Source: Patescibacteria group bacterium (GTDB lineage: Bacteria; Patescibacteriota; Microgenomatia; UBA8517). Taken from it: DNA of 64,000 nucleotides. Under the pieces are notes generated by a model. It made no database searches. It had not been told where the DNA came from and saw nothing but the letters and a program-made list of their open reading frames with translations. Made by a program: the position numbers and the translations under genes. This document shows positions 8,645 to 17,744 of the stretch, one piece after another (position 1 is the first letter of the stretch; every line of letters begins with the position of its first letter). Where the stretch lies: the NCBI GenBank assembly GCA_035260845.1, contig DATFUL010000008.1:5709-69708 (forward strand). The letters are read 5' to 3'.

Positions 8645-9652
8645 ATGCTCCGAAAGAATATTGCAATAGATTTGGGAACCGCAAATACCCTCGTTTGGGT
8701 GGCTGGTGAAGGCTTAGTTGTAAATGAACCCACAGTTGTTGCTATCTCCTCAGAAGACAATAAAGTTGTGGCTGTTGGTGAAGAAGCTAAGCTCATGCTT
8801 GGACGTACCCCCGAGGCTTTAATTGCCAGCCGTCCCATGCGTGACGGGGTTATTGCTGATTACCAAGTAACCGAGGCAATGCTGCGTTATTTTATGGGTA
8901 AAGTTACTGGCCGTTTTCAGTTTTTTAAGCCTGAAGTTATGGTCTGTGTGCCTGCAGGGTGCACTCAAGTTGAACGCCGTGCGGCTTTAGATGCCACTAT
9001 GTCGGCCGGGGCTGCACATGCCTATTTAATTGACGAACCCTTAGCTGCCGCAATTGGTGCTGGAATTCCGGTTTCTGCTCCTTCTGGGCACATGATAGTT
9101 GATATTGGTGGGGGCTCAACTGAGGCTGCTGTTATTTCACTGGGTGGTGTGGTTACCCATAAATCGGTCCGTGTTGCGGGAAACAAAATTGATGAGGCAA
9201 TTCAAAGCTATCTTAAAAAGAAACACAATTTAATAGTGGGGGACCAAACTGCAGAGGAAATTAAGCTCAAAATAGGTTCAGCAACAGCTCTAGCCAAAGA
9301 GGAACGTTTAGAAATTTCCGGCCGCGACCTAGTTTTTGGCCTCCCAAGAAGTGTAGTTATAACAAGTACTGAGGTAACCGAGGCTATTCATCCTGTTTTG
9401 ATGCAAATAATTGGGGGGGTTAAAGGGGTTTTAGAGGACACGCCACCCGAGCTAGCCGCTGATATTATAGATAAAGGCATAGTAATGAGCGGTGGGACTT
9501 CCACTTTAAGAAATTTTGATAAACTAATGACAGAAGAAACTGGAGTTCCAGCCCACGTTGCCGACGAGCCCTTACTTTGTGTTGTTCGTGGCACGGGACT
9601 AGTTTTAGAGAACATTGAACTTTGGAAGAGAAGCATAACTAACAAGAGATAG
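8645..9652 (+). CDS. mreB: Rod-shape-determining actin homologue MreB (paralogue 1)
   Basis: IAIDLGTANTLVWVAGEGLVVNEPTVVAI, DIGGGSTE and actin-fold phosphate motifs. The ORF-track start at 8618 is a TTG; the ATG at 8645 is more likely. Confidence 0.85.
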   Translation: MLRKNIAIDLGTANTLVWVAGEGLVVNEPTVVAISSEDNKVVAVGEEAKLMLGRTPEALIASRPMRDGVIADYQVTEAMLRYFMGKVTGRFQFFKPEVMVCVPAGCTQVERRAALDATMSAGAAHAYLIDEPLAAAIGAGIPVSAPSGHMIVDIGGGSTEAAVISLGGVVTHKSVRVAGNKIDEAIQSYLKKKHNLIVGDQTAEEIKLKIGSATALAKEERLEISGRDLVFGLPRSVVITSTEVTEAIHPVLMQIIGGVKGVLEDTPPELAADIIDKGIVMSGGTSTLRNFDKLMTEETGVPAHVADEPLLCVVRGTGLVLENIELWKRSITNKR

Positions 9653-10089
9653 TCGATAACATGAGTTTCATCTACGCTATGGGGTGTATATGATTTGATA
9701 GACTTTACAAAGTTATAGGTGTTATAAAATCAAGTTATAAAAAGTTATAAAGTAAATAATCTAGAATTTAGGAGCATGTTTGCTCAGTCATAAGTAAATC
9801 GCTCATAGTATTGCATACAGGAAAGCAAAGTATTCTGGATAGATTGAGGATAAGTATTTTTACATAGGATCAAAAAAAGAGTCAAAAAATTGTTCAAAAG
9901 TGTGTATTTAATCGCGTAGGAGTGCACCTATTTTTACCTGTAGTATTAGTGATTTTAGACTAATAAACAATATACTATATACGATATCAGAAATTGAATA
10001 TAGGATACAATGGCCTGCGGTAAAAGTGAGGCTAATAGTAGAAAACTCAAAAGTTATAAGTCAAAAGTCAAAAGTTTAGACAAAATATT

Positions 10090-10974
10090 ATGAAAAATAA
10101 TAATCAAATGTCCCAAAATCACGTCAATATATTGGGAATTCATGTACTTAGCACAACAATTCCTCAACTGCTAACAAGCCTGAGAGAAAAGATGGCCCAT
10201 AATATCAAGTTTTCCATTGTTACACCTAATCCTGAGCTTGTTTTGGCTTCAACTAAGAACCCAGAATTAAAAATTGCACTTAATTCAGCCACCTTTTCGG
10301 TTCCGGATGCAATTGGGCTATCACAAGCCACAAAGTATCAATCACTTAACGCACCTTCTAATATATTTTTAAGATTTCCGGTCACTCTCTTTCAAGGACT
10401 GGTAGTTGGCTCTGCAACTTTTTTTAATCGCGATTGGCTTACGAAAGAGTTAAAACCAATTAAAGGCAGGGTTCTTTTTGAAAAATTAATAGAACTTGCT
10501 AATAAAAAGGAGTGGAAAGTGTTTTTCCTGGGCGGAATAGGGGACGAGGCAGAAAAAGCCGCGGAAAAGTTAAGGAAGAACTATAAAATGGTTAAAATCG
10601 GGACTTTTAAGGGTCCCAAGTTAGATGTTGATGGGGAACCCAAGAGCGAATCAGATAAAAACCTACAAAAAGAAGCATTTAGTCTGATTAATAAGTTTTC
10701 GCCGAAACTACTCTTTGTGGCATTTGGTAATCCTAAGCAGGAAATCTGGATTCATAAGAATCTTAAGTATTTAGATGTTGGTGGGGCAATGGCTGTAGGG
10801 GGAACTCTCCGTTACGTAGCCGGAATAAGTAAGTTGCCACCCAAATGGATGGCTAAGGCTGGACTTGAGTGGGTTTGGAGACTAATTACCGAACCCTATC
10901 GTCTTGGTCGAATCTTTAATGCCTTTCCAATCTTTCCTTTAAGAATTTTTTGGTTCAAAGTTACTGATCGTTGA
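10090..10974 (+). CDS. WecB/TagA/CpsF-family glycosyltransferase
   Basis: VNILGIHVLSTT...FFLGG...LLFVAFGNPKQEIWI matches the WecG/TagA family. Confidence 0.7.
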   Translation: MKNNNQMSQNHVNILGIHVLSTTIPQLLTSLREKMAHNIKFSIVTPNPELVLASTKNPELKIALNSATFSVPDAIGLSQATKYQSLNAPSNIFLRFPVTLFQGLVVGSATFFNRDWLTKELKPIKGRVLFEKLIELANKKEWKVFFLGGIGDEAEKAAEKLRKNYKMVKIGTFKGPKLDVDGEPKSESDKNLQKEAFSLINKFSPKLLFVAFGNPKQEIWIHKNLKYLDVGGAMAVGGTLRYVAGISKLPPKWMAKAGLEWVWRLITEPYRLGRIFNAFPIFPLRIFWFKVTDR

Positions 10975-11475
10975 CCAATTTTTAGCAAAATCCTCCTTGG
11001 CCCTGTAAATTCTGCCTTCAACAGCCCTTTCACTAATACCTAAAATCTTGCCAATTTGTTCGTAAGAGTAGTCCTTCCAATATCTAAACCATAAAAGGCG
11101 GCGTTTTTCGTATGGCAAAAGATTCAAACAATCATTAACCGAAAGCTTTAATTCCTTAAGTGCCAAACTCTCCTCAGGGGACAGATTTGTACTATCAATA
11201 TAGCTCAAACTATCTAGGAGTGGAACAATAAAACGGGAACTTGTGTTCACTTGGTCGTGGTAATAGTCTGCAATTTTGTTTAATGCAATTCGGCAAAGCC
11301 AAGTAAAATAACTACTTTTGTGTCCAAAAGTTTTGTAGCCTTTCCAAGCGGCTACAATTGTTTCTTCAAAAACTTCCTCAACCGCAGCTTCGTCTTTTCT
11401 TAAATGTTTGGCAATGAACTTAAAAAGAATCGGGGAGTATTTTTTATAAAGAGAGTCAAATCGTGGGCTTTTCAT
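10939..11475 (-). CDS. ECF-type RNA polymerase sigma-70 family factor
   Basis: Region 2 (FEETIVAAWKGYKTF) and region 4 HTH (YSYEQIGKILGISERAVEGRIYRAKE). Confidence 0.75.
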   Translation of the reverse strand: MKSPRFDSLYKKYSPILFKFIAKHLRKDEAAVEEVFEETIVAAWKGYKTFGHKSSYFTWLCRIALNKIADYYHDQVNTSSRFIVPLLDSLSYIDSTNLSPEESLALKELKLSVNDCLNLLPYEKRRLLWFRYWKDYSYEQIGKILGISERAVEGRIYRAKEDFAKNWSTISNFEPKNS

Positions 11476-11518
11476 TAAAATACAGACTAATTATATATCA
11501 TGATACAATTCAGCTAAT

Positions 11519-11764
11519 ATGCCAGAAAAATTAATATTTGTTAACCCTGGTGAAGCTCGGCGACTCGGATTGATCATAAAAAGGCTGACTGAGGGGGGAC
11601 TTTTAGAAGAAGGTGAGCAGATCATGGTTGGATCAGATTCCAGTCTGACTTCGTCTAAGGCTGCAACACAAATTAGAGTCGAACATATTTACAGAGATGG
11701 TACAAAAGGGCATGGACCAACAGATGTTGTTTCTGAGAAGGGCAGCGTAAGTTTTCGTAAATAA
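11519..11764 (+). CDS. Hypothetical protein (81 aa)
   Basis: ORF divergent from the sigma factor gene. No motif. Confidence 0.3.
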   Translation: MPEKLIFVNPGEARRLGLIIKRLTEGGLLEEGEQIMVGSDSSLTSSKAATQIRVEHIYRDGTKGHGPTDVVSEKGSVSFRK

Positions 11765-11772
11765 TTCCAAAG

Positions 11773-12294
11773 ATGGCTTCAAATAAAACCCAAATGGTTT
11801 TGGTTGACAAAAACGACCACGTTTTGGGTTTCAAAGAAAAATTTTCCACCCACAAAATTCCGGTACCTCTTCACCGCGCGATCTCGATAATTATATTTAA
11901 TAAAGATAAGAGTGAGATGCTTATTACCAAAAGGGCAAAGATTAAGCCAACCTGGCCATATATTTGGACAAATGCAGTTTGCTCTCATCCGTATCCAAAC
12001 GAAACATACAAAAAAGCAGCAGAAAGGCGACTTTACGAAGAACTTGGCTTTAAAACTCCAATTAAAGAGGTTTTTAGATTTACATATAAAGCCGAAATGG
12101 ATAATAAAGTTTGGGGAGAGCACGAGTATGATGTTTCATTTGTTGGGAGGTATGAGGGGAAAGTTCATCCCAATTCCAATGAAGTTGCAGGCTATGAGTG
12201 GATAAAAATAGTGGATCTCAAAAAAGATCTAAGAAAGAGTCCTAAAAAATACTCTCCCTGGTTTAAAATAATTCTAAAGAAACTAAAGGTTTAA
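11773..12294 (+). CDS. idi: Isopentenyl-diphosphate delta-isomerase type 1 (Nudix)
   Basis: LHRAISIIIFNKDKSEMLITKRAKIKPTWPYIWTNAVCSHP matches the IDI-1 core, including the conserved Cys and the Nudix box (ERRLYEELG). Confidence 0.8.
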   Translation: MASNKTQMVLVDKNDHVLGFKEKFSTHKIPVPLHRAISIIIFNKDKSEMLITKRAKIKPTWPYIWTNAVCSHPYPNETYKKAAERRLYEELGFKTPIKEVFRFTYKAEMDNKVWGEHEYDVSFVGRYEGKVHPNSNEVAGYEWIKIVDLKKDLRKSPKKYSPWFKIILKKLKV

Positions 12295-13172
12295 TATTTT
12301 CTATCTAAGATGAAATCAGTCAGTTCCTTTAGCTCAGTTCTTGCAGGTTCGCTATTTAAAAATCCCAAATCTTTTTCAAAAATGTCTTTTGCTTTTTGCT
12401 TCATCTCTTCTGCTAATTTTCTTGTATAGTCCACTCCCTGTGTGTTGGCCAAAGTTACTTTACTTTCCTTTTTATCTTGTTCCAAATCAAGTATGTCATC
12501 AACTAATTGGAAACATCTGCCTAAATACAAACCAAACTCAGTAATTTTATCAATTTGATCTTTTGAGGCCCCTGCTACAATTGCTCCAAGCCTCATAGGC
12601 CCTGCAATTGAGTAATAAGCACTTTTACTGTCTGCCACAAAAAAGTATTGATCGTTATCGATTTTGCCTGATTTTTCATTGTTCCACATTTGCTCAACTC
12701 CTTGCCCCAAGGCTGTTCGCATTAGCATTTTGTAAAATTCATCGCTTACCTCTTTAGAGCCAACATCATTTACCATTTTCCACATAATCATATGCAAAGC
12801 GTCACCCGCATTTATGGCAAGTTCTGGTCCATAAATTTTGTGGAGGCTGGCTTTACCGCGTCTTTCATCTGAATTATCCTCGATATCATCGTGAATCAAA
12901 ATCCATTCTTCAGAAAGCTGCATTGCCGCAGCCACGGCAACCGCCTTTTTAATATCACCATTAAGTGCTTGGGCGATTAGTAAAACTGCAGTAGGCCTTA
13001 AATATTTACCTTTTCGCTCTGGATATTCGCGATTAATTTTCCAATATGTGTCAACTTCTTTTTTGAACTTTTCGGGGATTGTGAACTGAATGGGGAACAG
13101 TGGGTCTTTTAAATACTTATCAATATCTGGCCAAACGAGAGCCTTTGTCTTTTCTAGCGTGTCAGTTATCAT
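12291..13172 (-). CDS. Short-chain (E)-polyprenyl diphosphate synthase (FPP/GGPP synthase family)
   Basis: First DDxxD (ILIHDDIEDNSDERRG) and second DDxxD (FQLVDDILD) motifs. Confidence 0.85.
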   Translation of the reverse strand: MITDTLEKTKALVWPDIDKYLKDPLFPIQFTIPEKFKKEVDTYWKINREYPERKGKYLRPTAVLLIAQALNGDIKKAVAVAAAMQLSEEWILIHDDIEDNSDERRGKASLHKIYGPELAINAGDALHMIMWKMVNDVGSKEVSDEFYKMLMRTALGQGVEQMWNNEKSGKIDNDQYFFVADSKSAYYSIAGPMRLGAIVAGASKDQIDKITEFGLYLGRCFQLVDDILDLEQDKKESKVTLANTQGVDYTRKLAEEMKQKAKDIFEKDLGFLNSEPARTELKELTDFILDRKY

Positions 13173-13217
13173 AATCTAAGTATATCAGCTTGTGTCACTA
13201 TGATATAATTTCTAGGC

Positions 13218-14468
13218 ATGACAGACGTGATCAGCCTCCCCAAAGGTACTGTAATTCCTAACCACATAGCCATGATTCTCGATGGCAACAGACGCTGGGC
13301 CAGAAGCCGTGGTCTTGCTCCTTGGAAAGGGCATTATTATGGCTATAAAGCTGTTAACGCCCTGGCGCACGCCACACGTAAATTAGGAATCCATACTTTT
13401 ACTGTTTGGGCTTTTTCTACCGAAAACTGGGAGAGGCCCCAAAAAGAAATTGACGAGATTATGAACATTTTTAGACAAGCCCTTAAAGAAACCGAAAAAG
13501 ACTTTCATAAAGAACATGTTGCTATGGTTCACTTAGGCCGTAAAGACAGATTACCTGCCGATATCCGTGCCGAAGTCATAAGGATTGAAAATGAAACTGC
13601 CAAATATTCAAAAGAGCACATTTTTAATATGGCGATAGACTACGGTGGCAGGGATGAAATTGTTAGGGCAGTTCAAAAAATAGTTAGTGAAGGCGTTCCG
13701 GCCGAGAAAATCACCGAAAAGAAATTTGCAGAATATTTGGACACTTATAATCAACCATACCCGGATCCGGACTTATTTATTCGCACAAGCGGGGAACAAA
13801 GAACTAGCGGACTTTTGCCCTGGCAAATGGCTTACACAGAATTTTATTTTGAACCAGAACACTTGCCGGACTTTTCTCCAACAAAGCTAAAAGAGGCAAT
13901 TTTGGACTATTCAAGGCGCAGGCGTAGGTTTGGCGGCAATGATGCAGTCGAGCATTTTGGATTTGATCCGCAAGTTTTGGCACACCTGGAACTTAAATGG
14001 TGGCGCTTGGGTAATATTCCGGAAGGAATGAAATTCCGCGAATATGCAATGAAGCATTTATCCGAACAATTTGGCCTTTCTAAAAGTTTAGCGGGGGAGG
14101 CAGCCCATTTACTTCTCGAAGCTATAAAGGAGGAAAACGACAACAAACTGGAAAAAGCTACCAATAAACTTAAAAAATTCTATACCTTAATTAAAAATGA
14201 AGTTAAATTGGCTTTTGAACCGGAGATTGTGGCCTCTTTGGAAGTTAGAATGCGCAACGAAAAAGGAGAATCAGAAGACACAACTCGCGAATATTTGGCG
14301 GAGGTTTATAGAATTAGTCTTTTCCAAGCCGCAAAAGCGGCCCACCTTAAAGTTTTGGCAGCAGTTGAAAGGAATCTTGCTCAAGCCGGAATGGGGGAAA
14401 ATCATTGGGCCAAGGCAGAAGACTACCTCACTAAATATTATATGGCGCTTAAGGAAAGGGTGGCCTAA
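13218..14468 (+). CDS. uppS: Undecaprenyl-diphosphate synthase (cis-prenyltransferase) with ~170-aa helical C-terminal extension
   Basis: PNHIAMILDGNRRWA, FSTENWERP and RTSGEQRTSG motifs in the first ~245 aa. The ORF then continues uninterrupted for ~170 aa with no UppS counterpart. Confidence 0.8.
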   Translation: MTDVISLPKGTVIPNHIAMILDGNRRWARSRGLAPWKGHYYGYKAVNALAHATRKLGIHTFTVWAFSTENWERPQKEIDEIMNIFRQALKETEKDFHKEHVAMVHLGRKDRLPADIRAEVIRIENETAKYSKEHIFNMAIDYGGRDEIVRAVQKIVSEGVPAEKITEKKFAEYLDTYNQPYPDPDLFIRTSGEQRTSGLLPWQMAYTEFYFEPEHLPDFSPTKLKEAILDYSRRRRRFGGNDAVEHFGFDPQVLAHLELKWWRLGNIPEGMKFREYAMKHLSEQFGLSKSLAGEAAHLLLEAIKEENDNKLEKATNKLKKFYTLIKNEVKLAFEPEIVASLEVRMRNEKGESEDTTREYLAEVYRISLFQAAKAAHLKVLAAVERNLAQAGMGENHWAKAEDYLTKYYMALKERVA

Positions 14469-14472
14469 TTTT

Positions 14473-15492
14473 ATGTCTGAACCCATTTCACGAAGAGATT
14501 TTCTAAAAATAGTTGGGGTTGGTTTGGGGGCCGGGGCTTTGATTGCTGCTAAAGTCGAAGCAAATATAAATCCACATTTTGCAAATGGCTTAAAAGTTGT
14601 TAAAGAACTAACTACCGCCGAGCTAAGTCGCGATCCCGAAAAAATATTAGAATCAAAAAAATTAGCAATGGTTTGGTTGTTTGCAGAAACTGCCACAAAA
14701 TACAGTAAAGAAATGGGCCTCGGAGGGGCTGGGTTAGGAATGGAGCACTTTTTATATGGTAATGGTCAACCTCTAGATATTACACCTTTGTTAGAAAAAG
14801 TAGTCAAAATAGAACCAGAAAGATTTGTTGGTAAGTTAGTAAATGCCGCCATTACTGATAAGGAAGATGATTACAAGCGTGTTTCACCCGAAAAGGATTA
14901 TCAATTTACAAATAGGGCACTTAAAGAACTTAAAAGTACAACTGGACTTAATACAGCTCTTGATGCTCGGGAGTGGGATATGGGGTGGGAAGAACAATTC
15001 AATGCGTTCGGTGGGGCAAGATACGTTCTTCATGCCCAAGAGGCGGATATTGTATCCCAAGATGGGTGGGGGGAGACGGTTATTCTAGAAAAAGGGATCG
15101 ATATCGCAGCTACAGACAGGTATTATTGGCAGTTAAACAATCCAGTATTTTTGCCTTCAGATGTTGGACAGGTTGCAGAAAAAGGGGCAGAAACGTTGTT
15201 TGATCAATTTTATAAATCTCATGACGTTGTTGAAAAAACACTTAGAGAATTGAAACTTCCAGAGGACTCAGTAATTAAGATTATGAATATATATTCAAGC
15301 GATCAAAGAGATGAATTTACATCTAATTTAGCACCAAGTGCATATAAATTAGCGGAAAAGATTGATCAGTCATTAATTGGGGCGCCAGATTTAGTTGAAA
15401 ATGACTTAAATTTATTAAAGAAAATTGGAGCAATGGAATACGATATGACTGGACACATAAATATTTCCAATAGACTTAAAGTTGTTGTATAG
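14473..15492 (+). CDS. Predicted Tat-exported protein of unknown function
   Basis: MSEPISRRDFLKIVGVGLGAGALIAAKVEA is a twin-arginine motif plus h-region. The ORF-track start at 14197 overlaps uppS and is rejected. Confidence 0.5.
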   Translation: MSEPISRRDFLKIVGVGLGAGALIAAKVEANINPHFANGLKVVKELTTAELSRDPEKILESKKLAMVWLFAETATKYSKEMGLGGAGLGMEHFLYGNGQPLDITPLLEKVVKIEPERFVGKLVNAAITDKEDDYKRVSPEKDYQFTNRALKELKSTTGLNTALDAREWDMGWEEQFNAFGGARYVLHAQEADIVSQDGWGETVILEKGIDIAATDRYYWQLNNPVFLPSDVGQVAEKGAETLFDQFYKSHDVVEKTLRELKLPEDSVIKIMNIYSSDQRDEFTSNLAPSAYKLAEKIDQSLIGAPDLVENDLNLLKKIGAMEYDMTGHINISNRLKVVV

Positions 15493-15516
15493 CCCTATCT
15501 AGAGTAGAATCGCTTC

Positions 15517-16977
15517 ATGCAGGCTTTCAAAAACAAAACCATTCTCCAAATCTTAGATAAATATAAAGATCTTTGGGCCATAGGCCATGTATCCGCAGTT
15601 TCCCATTGGGACTTGGAAACTTACATGCCACAAAAGGGAGCTGGAGCAAGAGGACAGGCACTTGGCCGGCTAGCAACTATCCGCCAAAGATTGTTCCTCG
15701 ACCCAGCCTTCACCAAATTGTTGGTTTCGGCGGGCAAGCAAAAGTTAAACGATCAGGAAAAAGCAGTTGTGAGAACACTTGTTAGGGCCTTAAAGTTTTA
15801 TGAGAAGCTGCCATCAAAATTTATAGAGGACTTTGAGATTTTAACCAATAAGGCTACAGTTGTTTGGCGTGAGGCTAAGGAAAAGAATAACTTTAAAATC
15901 TTTGAAAAAGACTTGGCCAAAATATTCGACATGAATAAGCAGGCGGCAGAGTACTTGGGTTACAAAGATTCGCCCTATGATGCACTTTTAGATCAATTTG
16001 AAGAAGACTTAACTAGTAAGGAAGTCGAATCATTCTTCAGTGAAATAAAACAACCACTTAAAGACCTGTTGGGGAAGATCAAGAACTCTAAAAATTATCA
16101 AAAAACACACTTCCTTGAAAAGGCAAAATATGATCGCTCAAAAATAGAAACTCTTAACACTAAGATACTAAAAACTCTCTGGAGCGATATGGAACGGTTT
16201 AGACTAGATATCTCAAGTCATCCTTTTACAACCTCCTTTTCTAATACGGACACCCGTATAACTACATGGTATCACAAGACCGATTTCGGTAGAAGTCTCC
16301 TCGCCACTGTTCATGAATTTGGCCACGCGCTTTATGACTTGCAATCTGCGGATGAACTCGAGATGACTCCTATTGAAGGAGGTTCGTCCCTCGTAATTCA
16401 TGAATCACAAAGCAGATTTTGGGAAAACTTTATAGGTAGAAGTGAACCTTTTATCCAATTTATATTAAAAGATGCAAGAGAAGCTGTTAAAACAAACATT
16501 TCAGCTTCCGATATTTATTCCTATTTTAATAAAGTTAGACCTGGACTTCTAAGAGTTGAGGCCGATGAAGTTACCTACCACTTCCACATAATGCTTAGGT
16601 ATGAGATCGAAAAAGGATTAATTGAAGGTAAACTCAAAGTCCGTGATTTACCCGAGATTTGGAATGCAAAAATGAAGGAATATTTAGGTGTTACCCCCAA
16701 AAAAGACTCAGATGGAGTTTTACAGGATATTCACTGGAGCGGGGGAATGGTGGGGTACTTTCCAACTTATTCACTCGGAACGTTCTTAGGAGCGCAGTGG
16801 GAGGAGAAGATGAATCTAGAATCTGGAATCAAGAATATAGGGAAGATAGAAAGCTGGCTCAAGGAACACATACATAAATATGGTTCAACTTACACAATGC
16901 TGGAGCTCCTCACGAAAAATAAAATGAAGTTTGATCCTAGTGTGAACTTAAATTATTTAAACAAGAAGTACTCTTAA
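15517..16977 (+). CDS. M32 carboxypeptidase (Taq-type metallocarboxypeptidase)
   Basis: HEFGHALYD (HExxH), HESQSRFWEN, LLRVEADEVTYHFHIMLRYEIE and DIHWSGG are M32 signatures. Confidence 0.8.
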   Translation: MQAFKNKTILQILDKYKDLWAIGHVSAVSHWDLETYMPQKGAGARGQALGRLATIRQRLFLDPAFTKLLVSAGKQKLNDQEKAVVRTLVRALKFYEKLPSKFIEDFEILTNKATVVWREAKEKNNFKIFEKDLAKIFDMNKQAAEYLGYKDSPYDALLDQFEEDLTSKEVESFFSEIKQPLKDLLGKIKNSKNYQKTHFLEKAKYDRSKIETLNTKILKTLWSDMERFRLDISSHPFTTSFSNTDTRITTWYHKTDFGRSLLATVHEFGHALYDLQSADELEMTPIEGGSSLVIHESQSRFWENFIGRSEPFIQFILKDAREAVKTNISASDIYSYFNKVRPGLLRVEADEVTYHFHIMLRYEIEKGLIEGKLKVRDLPEIWNAKMKEYLGVTPKKDSDGVLQDIHWSGGMVGYFPTYSLGTFLGAQWEEKMNLESGIKNIGKIESWLKEHIHKYGSTYTMLELLTKNKMKFDPSVNLNYLNKKYS

Positions 16978-17210
16978 ATTCTTTCGCCTCGAGCTGTTGA
17001 TTCCCTATGATCTTTTCTATTACTCATGATTTCTTTATGATGCATCAACTGAGAATAAAATTTTTCGATTCTAGCATGACCCATATTAAGAAGAGCTACT
17101 GGGTCAAGATCTGTATGTGCCTGATTTGAGTCACTTAAGACAGGGATTGTTGTTCTATTTTGACCGCCGATTACAACTGTATAAGTTCTAGGTTTCATTT
17201 GAAGAATCAT
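16974..17210 (-). CDS. Hypothetical small protein (78 aa)
   Basis: ORF only. Confidence 0.25.
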   Translation of the reverse strand: MILQMKPRTYTVVIGGQNRTTIPVLSDSNQAHTDLDPVALLNMGHARIEKFYSQLMHHKEIMSNRKDHRESTARGERI

Positions 17211-17328
17211 AACTCAGGCATTTAAAAAATCAACTACTAAAAAACACAAAATGACACTTGACACTCTTGTGGCGCTTTGATATCTTCTGACTAGGAAAGA
17301 TAAAGGACAGGCAGGGGACTATAACAAA

Positions 17329-17547
17329 ATGGAACCAACTACTAAAAAGAAAGTCAGATTAGAAAATCTTCCAGATTTACTTACCGTGCGCGAGGTTGCA
17401 GATATATTAAGAGTCTCACCACTCACAATTAAACGGTGGGGCAAACGCGGCAAACTTCCAGCTATAAGAATAAACAGTAGAGGTGATAGGCGCTATAAGA
17501 AAGAAGCCGTACTTTGGTTATTGGGGATGCAGTCCAAGGAAGAGTAG
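17329..17547 (+). CDS. Small helix-turn-helix DNA-binding protein (excisionase/MerR-like HTH)
   Basis: LLTVREVADILRVSPLTIKRWGKRGKLPAIRI is an HTH_17-type motif. A TTGACA-17-TATCTT promoter sits at ~17262-17290. Confidence 0.55.
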   Translation: MEPTTKKKVRLENLPDLLTVREVADILRVSPLTIKRWGKRGKLPAIRINSRGDRRYKKEAVLWLLGMQSKEE

Positions 17548-17744
17548 TCTTCTTTCTTGGCTCCGAGCTTTGCTCGTAGTAAAAAAGAAGCTGTCCTCTG
17601 GCTTCTAGGCATGCAAAGTAAGGAAGAAAAACTCTTCAAATTCGAAGTACGAAGTACGAATTTCGAAACAAATTCCAAACGTTTTGAAAATTCAAATTTA
17701 GAAATTTGACACTGTTTCGATATTAGAATTTCGTATTTAATATC

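Noticed and set aside
9653-10089. Replication origin assignment for the AT-rich gap
   Set aside because: No DnaA boxes (TTATCCACA/TGTGGATAA) were seen. dnaA and dnaN are not in the window. Only the iteron observation is reported.
14197-14472. ORF-track start at 14197 for the Tat-signal protein; similar long 5' extensions at 8618 (TTG), 19686, 26858-27346, 31773 and 55931
   Set aside because: These extensions overlap the upstream gene or precede the conserved N-terminus of the family. Internal ATGs restore canonical N-termini, at 14473, 8645, 19749, 27280, 31809 and 55967.
17329-17547. Excisionase-like HTH as a marker of a prophage or integrative element
   Set aside because: No integrase, recombinase, transposase or phage structural genes lie within 10 kb on either side. 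The flanking genes are housekeeping. Treated as a stand-alone regulator. Its odd 3' duplication is reported separately.
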